Shown: positions 11,500 through 23,756, counted from the first letter of the stretch. The stretch: DNA of 64,000 nt from Oikopleura dioica (GCA_907165135.1 OU015568.1:9672001-9736000), one strand, 5' to 3'. Notes: generated by a model not told the origin, from the letters alone. Made by a program: numbers and translations.

Positions 11500-14033
11500 T
11501 ATTTATTCAATTTTCAAAACTCGGGCGATATTCTTCTTCCTCCGGAAGATCTTGGACGAAGAATGGGATTCTGAACTGACGAAGCGCGGAAATCATTTGA
11601 CGGTATTCTCAGCCTGACTTTTGAGTTTTCTCGCATCGCGCTAGAATCTTGTGAGCATTCATTGAAATGACCGAACTATACCTTGTTATTCCATGTTGGA
11701 TATAATCGTACATTTTCGCTTTGTCAGTCTTGTAAGTCTTCGCCATCGCTTCTATCGCATCCATCAGCTTCGGATCAGCACTAAAAGCGACTCAAAAAGG
11801 CGCATAAAGTCGACAACTCACCCTCTGTGAGACGTAGACAGCTGTTCTGCAAGATCTTCGATGATTTCTACGTTCAAGCTGCTCATGTCTGTCATCACCA
11901 TCGTTAGATTCGCCTCGGAAAGTCGCATCACACCACAAATCTTTTGCAAAACAGATATTTCTTGCGCTGCCTTCGTCTTCATATTTTTAGCTTGAATGTT
12001 TAAAGAAATGAAGATTCACTATTAAAAACATACCTGCTAGATCTGCAGATATTTTTTGACGCTCATTCTGAATTCTGAAGGTTTCCTCGAACTTAATTTG
12101 CTCAAGAGCAGAATCGCGCAGGACGCCATCAAATGAGATGTGGTCGACGTTGTCATCAAGAGAATCGATTCGCTTCGTCACCGAATCATCTTTTTTCGAA
12201 AACGATCGTTCTCGTTCTATATCTGCATGCTCTTCAATTCTAGCTTGCTCAGATTTCGAAGACTCGTAAAGGCGGACAATGTCGCTCGGTTCAACTCCTT
12301 TCAATCGGTTTTCAAATGCAGTAACAAAGAGAATCCCTTTCAGGTCAATAAGGGTCTAAAACATAAATACGCAAATGTTCTAAGATAGATTTTTACCTGA
12401 TAGATTTCCTTGTATTTTAAGACTTTCTCAAGTCCATTCACGCGTTCTTGCACTAGAATCTCGCCAAATATTTGAACAAAAAGCTGATCACTTCCTCTCG
12501 GATTGTTTTCGTTCTTAATCTCTTTGAGTTCTTCTGTAGTTTTTATAAAACAAGCCGTCCATTTTTCTTCGTAGTCAACGAGGCGATCAGAATAGGACCT
12601 GTCACGAACGATGTTTTCGAATTCTTGGTGGTAAGAAACAATGAAATTTGATGATGTTTCTGCAAATTTTTTCGTGCTACTTTCATCTTCCAGTCGCTCT
12701 TGCAGTTCTCTTTGAAAGGAATAGTTGACTGCATAGTAATCTATGTTTATACCTTTTTTGTTCTTTAGAAAGTGTAAGTTCTAAGAGCGACCTATTGAGT
12801 TTCTTCGCTTTTGGCCTTGAAGACTTTGAGCTCTTTGTGTTTCTTCGAAGCGATTCATCGAGAGAATCTTTCGTGTCTCTGTTTCGTCGATTTTCTGATT
12901 CATCGACAAAATCTTGAAGCTTTCGGAGTTTCTGGCGGTCCATTTTCAAGTCCGACAAGTAGTTTTGAAACACTAAAAATTTTTATTTCAATGTCATCTT
13001 TTTATTCACCTGAGCAAATTCTATTAGCCATTTGAGCTTCAATGTTCGCCACATCTTTCAGAAGCTTCGACGCACTCTGAAGATCAAAGTCCGCTAGAAT
13101 ATCCAAAAACTCGCTCAAGTCAATGTTTTTCAAGTTCTTTCTCGCCAGAAGATCGGCGATAAACTCTCGTTTTGCTTTTTTGAAATCAACAACGATTTCG
13201 TTTTCATGATCGTCAAGAGCATCGTCCAACAAGTTGTTGAATTCGTCGCGAATTTGTAGAATTTCGCCGAGAACAGAATTCAGCATTTCCTTTTTTCGAT
13301 TTTGGGGAATTTTTATTTCTGTTGCAATCGAATCTAGATCACTTTCGATCTTTTCTTTCGCCGTGTTCCAGTCGGACTTTCTTTGCTGCCAGCGATAAAC
13401 CCATATTTTCGCAAGAGCCAAACGGTTTTTCAGAATTTTTTCGATTCTAGCTTTATATTTCGATAACTCATCGGAAAAGAGATGCTCAGCATCTCGCAAA
13501 AGCTTGTATTTAATTTCTCCAGTCATGTAGCCGAGATCAAGCTGTGAAGCGAGTCGCGCGAGTTTGAGTCTTTGGACATTTTCAGACGTATCTTCGAGAT
13601 CTTTGAACGCTTGAAAAATGTCTGAATAGAGGTGTTCCTCGGATCTTTTGATTTCGTCGAATTCGCAGTTGTGCGCGCTCTTCAACTCATGATCGAATCG
13701 ATTTAGCTTGACCTCGAACTCTTTCCGCTGGTAAACATCGTTCAGAAACTCAAGTAGATCGCGTCGGATGTGTAAGCCACTTTCCCAAGTCTTGAATGGT
13801 ATCAGCGGCGTCGATTGAAACAAGTGCCCGGCGAGAATGATCTCGTCATCGTGAAACTCATTTGGAGAAAAATCTGGCTGGATGGAATTCGGGTCTAGTT
13901 TAGATGTGTTTTTGACGCTTTGAGGGGGCTGTTGGATTGTCTTAATTCAGTAAATTAAGTTGTTTGTCTCTGATCCATTTCTTGCCTGCTTTGGTTGAGC
14001 TACATTCGCGCTTCTTGAGCTGTTGCAGCCCAT
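11500..14033 (-). CDS. Long coiled-coil protein with N-terminal MGCNSSR acylation signal
   Basis: ATG at 14033 (MGCNSSRSANVAQPKQ); 45-nt GC-AG intron 13941-13985 joins in frame to ORF 13002-13823; further E/K/L-rich exons at 12683-12973 and 11987-12304. The 3' end is approximate. Confidence 0.7.
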
Positions 14034-14367
14034 TTTTCTCTTGGAAAAATTTAAAAACGGAAATAGTAAAAACGCGTATTCACGCGCAAAGGTGAATTTG
14101 GGGTGTCATTTAAATTTAACAACACAATTGACAGTGAGATGAAAGAAAATGCTGAGTTCCGTGGTTATGACAACCACCTGAGGCTCCAGCCAAAAGTTAA
14201 ACATTGATAGTGAGACATCAATGAGTCCTTAAGTTTATGAGCCAATATCAGAAAGATTGGACCTTCTCTGATAGACTATCAGTGATAGAATCTCTGAAAT
14301 ATGAACTGTATAAGTAAAATAGACTGTACAAATTTATTGTCTCTTATGCGGAGAATAATAATACTCT

Positions 14368-16372
14368 TTACAGTCGTTGGCGTAGATAGTTTCGTTCCTT
14401 TCTGACGAAGTTTTCACTTGTTCGGGAGACGCTAAGCTCGCATATTCATTTTCTAATCTTGCCAAACTTTCACGAGCAATAGAGAACTCGCCTTCTTCCA
14501 TACCTTCACCAACGAACCTTAGACGAATGTTAATTTGTTGGTATTAGTACTGATGAATTTACCAGTGAACAAATGCTCTCTTTGCATACATCAAATCAAA
14601 TTTTCGATTGACCATTTTAAATACTTCTACGATGTCAAGTCTATTTGTAACAGAGCAAACTGACGGATCAGAAGACTGCAGATCGTATGTTCTTGGAAGA
14701 GGTGGTGGTTGCGACTTCGAAGAGTTAAATGCAAGTGACTTTTATCGTAATTTTATTTTTGAACTCTTCCTGAATTCGAGCAGGATTCCAATTTGCAGAT
14801 TGAGTCCTATTTTGGCAAAAATTGAATTCTTTCTTCAGTTTCTGTATTGTTTTACTGATAGATTCGCTTCTTACATTTCCACGGTATAATAAAGAAGTGC
14901 TCAAAAATGGACCTTCTGACTTTTGATTACTTATCGAAATGAATTGATTCTAAAAAAAATAAAGATGCAAACACAAAATTATTCTTCTAACCTCAGACTT
15001 GAAGCAAAAACGACTCATCTCATGAATCGAATTGTTTTCTGCAGTATTCTGGCTTTCCGGAGAAATAAGAGGAGCACATGAATATGAAAGATAATTTATC
15101 CTTGGCTGCGGAACAAGACTGTTGATAACATTTGAAAAGTTTGCTATCGATGGATCTGTGAATCTTGTAGATGCTGTAATTGACGAAATCACCTTTCAAA
15201 CATGAAGAATATTTATGCTGAAAGAATGTTTTACCTGTGCAATAAGGCGGTTCGTATTATAAAAGCTCGGTATTTCTACGTCCAAATAATTCTGGCATAT
15301 TTTATATAAAGCTTGATTATCGAACATAATTGAACAGCTAGAAAGATTGCGTCCGTACTGTCTTCCAGCATACAGGAGGGCATTGTAAGGTTCGACCACA
15401 GAAGACGCAAATTTAGGCGAAATAAAAACCGGCACTTCCATAATCGGCACCTTAGTTTCCTTGATATATTCAAGGAGTAAGGCCGTCAAGCCAGAACCAG
15501 TTCCACCACCATGAGAATGATACACAATTATTCCTTGAAGGGCATCGCACTGTTCTTTGGCGCTTTCTACATTTTTCACCAGAGGCTCAATTATTTCCCT
15601 TCCAATCGTATAATGTCCTCTTCCATAGTTACTAGCAGAGTCTTCCTTGCCGTTTATCATGAGCCGTTGATTGTAAAGAGATCCGTAGATCGAGTTTTTG
15701 ACAGCATCAACGACATTCGGCTCTAAATCGGCCATGACTGCCCGTGGAACCGCTTTTCCAGTTGCTTCAGAGGGTTAAATTTGAACTGTTGATTATTCGT
15801 ACATTATATATACAGTGCATATTCAACAATTCCTGATTGATAGAAAAAGTCTCGTATGAGTTGTCAAAGGTCGAAAACGAGTCTTCAGGAATGGTTCCAT
15901 CAGGATTGATGCCATGTTCGTAGCAAAAAAGCTGCCAAGAAGCGGCGCCGATTTGAATTCCCGCCTGACCAACATGAATCGATAATATTTCTCGAGGACT
16001 TCTATCTACTCTTTCTCTTGCTCCAAGAGGAGGTGGAGTAATAGGTGGAGGGCTTGGACTTCGTGATCGTGGTGGTGGAGTCTTTGGTTTAGGCTTTGGT
16101 TTTTCTCGTCTAAGTTTTTGAAAAGATCTCTTTTGCATTTTCGCACAATTTACTGGGATGAATATTTTGCGCTTATTTGCGGAGGGAGCCGACTAATTAC
16201 CAACGATCGACATTTTGATTACCAATGTTCATTAATTTTAAGAAAGTCTAGTGATAAAAACTTTTCCTTGAGTTTTTGGTTTTTCTCGCTTATCTTCATC
16301 CTTATTGTTTGGCTTTTCAACAAGGTTATTTTTCTCTGGTTCAACTACATTTTTTGACTCCGAGCAGCCCAT
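14368..16372 (-). CDS. Divergent alpha-tubulin-like protein with acylated, Pro-rich N-terminal extension
   Basis: [78 protein letters not shown] and [11 protein letters not shown] match alpha-tubulin. Exon 16262-16372 (MGCSESK...) joins in frame via GT-AG intron 16193-16261. Splicing at about 14720-14830 is unresolved. Confidence 0.85.
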
Positions 16373-16984
16373 TTTTTGATATCAGATGAGTTTTTGACGG
16401 CATTTGTCAGGAGGAGGGTTAGTTGTCAATGGACACGAGAATAAATAAAGTTCTAACAATTGCTGTTATCGGCAATGTCTAAACATCGTAGTGATGGCCA
16501 AAGGGAATCAAACATTCTCTGTGGGAAGCATTTTTTCCTACGAAGGATAAGCGAAAGTGGGTACGCCCAAATACTGTGTATGTGGCTTGTGGTATGCTTG
16601 TTGTTAATTCCAACATTGGAAATTTGCATCAAAATAGCAGTAAGTTACCATATAAATATTAATTTTCGATGAAAAAGTTCGAGTTTGAAGATGTGCTACT
16701 TGTAAAAAAATAGTTATTTTTTCTCGTTGTATAATTCTAGCACTTTTCTAGGTGGAGATTTTGTTAAGATTATGCACGGAATTTTTTACAAGAACTCATA
16801 GAATGGGTGGAACCTAAAGCTGACTATAATTTGTGTTTTCTAAATCTTACAAAATAGTTAATGTCACGGAAAAACGACACGTATTTCTATATTCAGTTAT
16901 ATTCTTATGAGTTCAATATTATCTCTAGAACATCACTTATTATCGTTAGATTTTTTCAATACCGAGATCAGTTTGAAAGCGTAA

Positions 16985-19400
16985 AAATGGACCCGACACG
17001 CGCAGGGATTTCCGCCTCTGCTACAGAAGGGCTCAATCCAGACTCCCTTCAGTCAATCATCGAGGACCCAGAAGGAAATCCCTTTGAGATAATTCTTCCT
17101 GATGATAAAATGTAAGTTTTCACGGTATAACGAATAGCTTTAGTCTAATACCTACAAAATTTGTAGGCTACAAATTAGCATAAATTTTAATAGCCCTTTT
17201 TAGTGATATAAAAGACCTGGCGGACGAAGCAGCCGATTTGCGCTCAAAATACGAGACCTGCGAACAAGTTTACCTCTGGGCGTGCAGGAAACTCGGCTGC
17301 ACTCCCGTCACTCCTTTCATCAGAAATATTAATCAGGAGCTTTGCAATTTAGGTGAGTTCTCAATTACTTTTTCCCACAACAAGCTACTCTTAGATGACT
17401 ACGGCCTCGGAGAACGAGGAACAAAAGCGCTGTCAGTGTCTCTCATCATCAATACAAGCATAATCAGACTTCAATTAGCCAGCAACGCGATTGGTGGCAA
17501 TGGAACTTACAGTATTTGCAACATGCTGAAGGAGAACTGCTTTATCACAGAATTGGTTTTAGGTGAGTCACAAGACCTGTAGCTTGCCTTCAGTAGCTTG
17601 TAATCGTTCATATAATTGACGTAACTTCCTACGTGGCAATGAGCTTCTGAGGAATTAAGGTTTTTGTGGAAATGACTCCTACCTGTAGCCCATTAACAGA
17701 GGGCTCCACTTATCGTTAGATTTTGCGTCTTAAAGTATTGGGCTACCTGGTAGACTCTACCTTCAAAAAGAAAAAACTGTGAAAAGTTTGTCTCAAAATC
17801 TAAGGCTTATTTTCTCACTAGTTTCCGAAGATAGGCCTACACTTTAAAGACGCAAAGCTAACGATAAAGCCGCACTTTTAGAGGGGCCCTCTTGTATCTC
17901 TAACGGTACAAGAGTTCAATTTGTACCTCTCATATCTTTTACGTTGGTTTTTTTATGACAGGACAGCAAGAAAATTTGGTTTTACGAAAAATGATAAGCG
18001 TAGATTGCTTTTGCCCTAAAACAGTGAAAAAGACTTGTTGCCGCGTAATGAATATCTTTAAGGGTTATGCTAGCTATTTACTTTTATGCATACTACCGAA
18101 AGTGCAAGAACACGTTTCTGCGGGTCTTCGTAGGGTCAACTTTCGCAAACAGAAGAATTTCGAACAAAAATCATTTCTATCGACTTGTAACTTTATTTTA
18201 GATAGCAATGATCTTGGCTCCTTTGGGGCAGAATGCGTTTCAAAAATGTGCGAAGACAACCGTTCAATAAAATATCTCTCGTTGCGAAACAACGACTTTC
18301 AAGATCAGGACGCGCAAATACTCTGCGATGGAATCAAGGGCTCCCTGACGCTCGAGTACTTGGATCTCTCACAGAACAAGTTCTGCGAGACCCAAGCTAT
18401 CGGCCAGCTGATCAATCAAAACGAGTCGCTCAAGACGCTGAAGCTGCACTGGAACATGCTCCGGCTCGATGGGATGAAAAGCGTCATCAGTGGATTAAAG
18501 GAAAACGTCAGCCTCAAGCATATTGACCTCAGTTGGAATGGCATTGAATCTCGTCATTGCGGCGAGCTTGCAGATGTTCTTACAAGTAAGTTTTCTTATG
18601 CTTCTGATCACATGGTCAATGGACCATGTTTTTAGATGGTGCGGTAGAAACGCAACGCAAGCAATTTGGTGTTGCATGAATCATGCAGCATGATGCAACT
18701 TGCATCTGTAATTTTAGCCTTGACAAATTTCTATCAATGATTGATAATCAATCTAAGTTTCAGATTAGAAGAAGGACACGTATTTGAGTTTAAAAGTAAA
18801 GTTCGAGTTCAGGCATACATTAATGTCACAATCATTGACGATGTCTTGGCCATTGGAATATGCCCGTTACGCACATAATTGTACCCTTTCAAAGTTCCCG
18901 GCAATTTTCCGTCATATCAGAACTCTTTTAAAATCGAATTTTGCCGAAAACTTTCTAAACTAGAAACACCTTTTTTCTTGCAATTATTCAACTCTTCTTT
19001 TAAGCAAACAACACCTTGCAGCAACTGAACGTCAACAACAACCGAATCGATCCAACAGGCGCGATGACGCTCTGCCGCGGCCTCCAGAACAACGAGTCAA
19101 TAACTCACTTCCACATCAAAGGCAATCCAATCGGCGAGGACGGCTTCAATGCAATCGTCAGCGCGATCATCTACAACACGCGAAACATCATCGAGCATCT
19201 TGAATTTTCAAAAATTGACTTTCCAGCGAAAGAAACTGTTGAACTCATGAAGGAACTCTCCCAAATGAAAAAGTCGTCTCAGTCTGATCATAACTTTCAA
19301 TTCTGCTGTTGATTTATTTCTCGACAAATAAATTTTATTTTTTTAATAGATAGAAGTATTCAACTTGAACCCTTTTTGATTACTTTCTCCATAATTTAAT
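16985..19400 (+). CDS. LRRC74-like RNI-type leucine-rich repeat protein
   Basis: YLWACRKLGCTPVTPFIRN followed by RNI-type repeats (LEYLDLSQNKF, LKTLKLHWNML, LKHIDLSWNGI). The family assignment comes from recalled motif similarity. Confidence 0.7.
17710..17867. repeat. Intronic inverted repeat with about 27-bp arms (MITE-like)
   Basis: ttatcgttagattttgcgtcttaaagt (17710-17736) is the near reverse complement of actttaaagacgcaaagctaacgataa (17841-17867). Confidence 0.75.
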
Positions 19401-20675
19401 ATGCTTTACTGCCGAACATCGTAGCGGGTACATCGTAGAAAACAGTATCAAGACCACAACGACAATAAGAAAAACGTTACCCTAGCGTATCTATATTCTA
19501 ACTACATTAGTTGAACTGTCCGATTTCACGGTGAAATGGTATATTGGTTGTGTTTATCGCTAGAAATGGGAGAAAACCTAAGCGGGTAACCGCATAAGAC
19601 AGATTTAGAGATTCCGTCCGGGTTTTCAATAACGTTTTTTTTTGTTTCTCAAAGAAAGTTTACAAAGCAGTTGATGCATTGGGTCTTTGCGATCAGTTTT
19701 AGAACCCTTATGAAAAACAATAATTCTTGTGAATTCCTCTCACTTGAAACTCTTGAATGCTTACATTCTATTTTCAATTTATCTCAATCAAGAGCACGTT
19801 GATACCCGGTAGACTCTACCGTAAAAAAAAGCTGTTGAAAAGCTAAAGCAGCTTTTCAACAGATGAAAACATATTTTAGGTGAAATGCCAAATAATGGAT
19901 TGCAAAAATGTCGAATTTTTGTCTGCAACGAAAGCTGACACTTTTACTTCTTTGAGACAGTCCGTAGTTTGACAGGCAAAATATACTTGTCGTGTCCGAA
20001 ATCATTGCCGTTTTGGGTTGAATAAAAAAGCTGGTTGATAAGGAACAGATTACGTATTTGGAAGTATCGCTGATGGAGGCTCCATCTTTGCCGTATAGAG
20101 ATAACGAAAGCCGTAAATCTTCAAAAATGACGAAAAGCGCATCTATGTAGTACATACCTCCACGTACCAGCATAGAACGAGAGCCATTGTATCCCCGTTT
20201 TTAATTAAAAAAATATAATTTAAATTACCAAGTTGAATGATTGACTAAGTAATAGAAGCGAAATTAAAAATTTTTAGCTAAAAATTTCGGAATTTTAGAC
20301 ACAAACTTTGGATTTTATTTGTCGAGAATTTGATAATCCGACTCTGAAAACTTTTCACAGATGAAGATTCATTTTAAGATCTATGTATAAAAAATATTTT
20401 GAGCAGTTTGAAAATTTCGGACACAGAGCATTGAAAGAAAAATGATTTTTTTTTCTTTTAAAATTTGGCAACAATAATGCACAATCAGATGACAAGCTAG
20501 CAGTAGGTCACCTTGTTAAAGTTCACGCAGCATAATAATTCGGTGGTGGTGGCGCTGAGCAACGCCGGGTTTGAGGTCAGCTCTTGCGCACCATACTGCC
20601 CTATATATTCGAGTGGTGATACTGATTCTTCATCAAATTAAAAGCTAGAATAACTAGATTCGAAAAGACTAAAAA

Positions 20676-23509
20676 ATGAAAATTGCTTTTGGTCTTCTCG
20701 GCTTGTCCGCAGCCTCTCACTTCCGAGCTGGCAGTCTTCAGGTAAAAAGAAACTTTCCAACGATAATATTTAATATTTTTCTCAAGTATCGAAAATCGAG
20801 CACTCCTGGAAAAATGGAGGTCACTCGATACATGGGCTGGAGACGATATGCCGATGGCTACGGCGGATGCACCCAAGCTCATATTGACGCTGGAACTCTC
20901 GCTAATATGGGCTCTGAGTACATCAGCGGAATCGGAAGTGTTTCGGCTACCTACGCCGTGACAAACATCGAAGACTCTCCAACAGTGGACTCGAGTAAGT
21001 AATTCGTTTACTAGCGTATTCCAATATTATTTTTAAGATTCACATTTCTGCTTTGGAAGTTACACCTTCGAGATCAATTTGGGCAGCGTCACCAGCTTCG
21101 ACCACACCTACAGCGGCTGCTGCACTATCACTCTTACAGGAGATAATGGAAGCACGTTCGGCGGTGGCTTTGGATACAAAGCTCAAGTCCGAGATGTCAA
21201 CAACAGCTCGCCCCAGTTCACCTCTCCACCAATTTGGTACATCATGGATGGCTGCGGAGGACAAACCTACCACGTCAACCCAGTCGATCCCGAGGGCGAC
21301 ACCGTTCGATGTCGATGGTCAACATCTAGCGAATCCCACGCAATGGCTTGGAACAGTAATCTCCAGCAGTTCTCCCTCGACGAAGAAAACTGCATCGTCA
21401 CCTACCATCCTGAATACGATTTGTATGGACAAGGATCAAAGCCAGTCGCCGTCCAGGTCGAAGATTTCGATTCTGATGGAAACCTTCTGTAAGTCTCAAT
21501 AATATTTTACCTTAATCTATATAAAATTTAGTCACTCTGTCCCCTTGGGCTTTGTTGGCGTTGTTTTCACGCCAGACATCGAGGCATCCAGAAAATCGTT
21601 GAGAAAAAATCCACTCTACGCTGGCTTGATCGAAGGAACTGACGACCATGACGAGCATCATGATGAAGGTCGACGACGACGATCGCCAGACCATTTCAGT
21701 CCAGCTCTTTCTCGCCACGTTCGATCAACTGAGCCAGATCACTGCCTCGGCAAACCGTCTTTTGGTGGAAAATCTCCTGCACAAGGCGAAGAACGAGTTT
21801 GGGTTTGGGTACCAGGCCTCGAAATAGTTGTTGAATGGGCCACCTCCTACTCTATTGGTGGAAATACGCTTACCAATATCTCCCGATACCAATTCAGTCG
21901 TCCGACAGGAATGACTTGTTCAGCATTTAACAGCGATGGAGAAGCCACTTGCAGGTGGTTACCAACAGCCGAACAAGCAAGCCAAGGAGAACATCCTCAT
22001 TGCGTCGTGGTCTATGATCCATACGGTCGAGCTTCCGATCGACAGTGTGTGACTCTTCGTGTCTACCCACCATGCGATCCTGGAACCGAGCGAGTTGGCT
22101 CCGTCTGTCTTCCAATCTGTAACAGCGGCTATGAACGAGATGCTGATGGCAACTGCGTCGATATCGACGAGTGCGCTTCCGGCCCATGCAGTGCTATCGA
22201 AGACTGCAATAACACTCCGGGAAGCTACTTCTGCTCCTGCATCAATGGCTACTCTGCTAACAGCGCGGGAACATGTGTTGATGTAGATGAATGCGCTGCT
22301 GGGCTTCATTCTTGCGCTACAACTGAAACATGCACTAATACAGTCGGCTCTTTCACTTGTCCCTGTTCCGGTGGTTACGAACGAAACGCAAGTGGAGTCT
22401 GTGTAAACATCGACGAGTGCGCCAGAGGAACAGATACATGTAATGATGTGACGGAAGTTTGCAACGATACACAAGGATCTTACACATGCTCTTGCGCCAC
22501 AGGATATGCTGCAAACAGCGCTGGAACTTGCATTGATGTCAATGAATGCACTTCTGGATCGCATACCTGTGCTGCCACTGTTGAGACGTGCGTCAATAAC
22601 ATCGGATCGTTCACGTGCAGCTGCTCTGGTGGATACGAACGAAACGATGCCGGAGTCTGCGTCAACATTGATGAGTGTGCGCGAGGAACTGATAGCTGTA
22701 ACGATATCACTGAAGTTTGCAACGATAATCCTGGGTCTTTTACATGCTCTTGTGCTTTAGGATACTCTGCGGATGCATCAGGAACATGCGTCGATGTTGA
22801 TGAGTGCGCTGCTGAAACTCATACCTGTTCTCCCACCATCGAAACTTGCGTCAACAACATAGGTTCATTCACCTGTCCATGCTCGACTGGCTACGAACGA
22901 AACGATGCTGGAGTTTGCGTCGACATTGACGAGTGTGCCCGAGAAACTGATACCTGCACTGAGACTATTGAAACCTGTGTCAACACAATCGGTTCATTCG
23001 ATTGCCCATGCTCCAGCGGATACGAGCGAGGAGCTGACGGAATTTGCGTTGATATCGACGAGTGCGCCCGAGAAATCGACACCTGCCACCCAGAGAAAGA
23101 ACGATGTGACAACTTGATCGGCTCTTACGAATGCATCTGCTTGCCTATGTCCTACGACGACGCCATGTCAACCATCCGAGACTGGATCGCAATGACCCAC
23201 GAAGTTGTTGCTGATCACGGCCGAGCTTTCAAATTCCGAGTCCGAACTGACAAACTTCTTCGAAACGCCCTTCTTAGCTACGATGCCAACTGCACTACCG
23301 CCTACGACACTGACCGAATCGGTAAGAACGACTTCGCCATCTGGGAAAAGCAAGCTGTCCGATCCGAAGATCACTGCACTCAAGCTACGACTGTCAAGGC
23401 TGGCTTGAACGCATGGGTTGACAACTACGCTTGCATGGACAAGAAAACGAGCCGACAAACTCACCGAGTTTCTAAGTTTATTGAAAAAATCACGAATCCT
23501 TACTGCTAA
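20676..23509 (+). CDS. Secreted protein with an N-terminal HFRxG domain, 8 calcium-binding EGF repeats and a Cys-containing C-terminal domain
   Basis: Signal peptide MKIAFGLLGLSAA, HFRAGSL, PVDPEGDTVRCRWS, eight D[IV][DN]EC...C...GS[YF]xCxC repeats (about 22155-23145); no TM segment. Confidence 0.9.
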
Positions 23510-23756
23510 TTTATCTAAGAATGAATTCTTAGTCCTCTTTGTTCGTAAAGTTTACTTTGTAAAATACTTGCCTCTGATCCTGAATAAATTCTGACAAAAA
23601 AAACGATTGTTTGCTTCGAAAATATGAAAGGATACTTCGTATTCTTATTTCTTTAAAAATATTCATCCTTTGTTTAAACTAAAATTGTGCATTATTAATT
23701 AATACGAACTATTCATGAAGTAACTTGGCGAGGAAACTGTCTATTCATCCGTCTAA

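Noticed and set aside
19856-20173. 105-aa minus-strand ORF in the intergenic region
   Set aside because: No recognisable motif or splice-consistent partner exons; cannot be supported.
22155-23145. Regularly spaced repeats of about 125-130 bp considered as a CRISPR-like array
   Set aside because: They are in-frame cbEGF coding repeats in a eukaryotic gene; there are no unique spacers or cas genes.
21927-23464. Several long antisense and alternative-frame ORFs over the EGF array
   Set aside because: They are shadows of a repetitive, Cys-rich coding sequence with no independent protein features.
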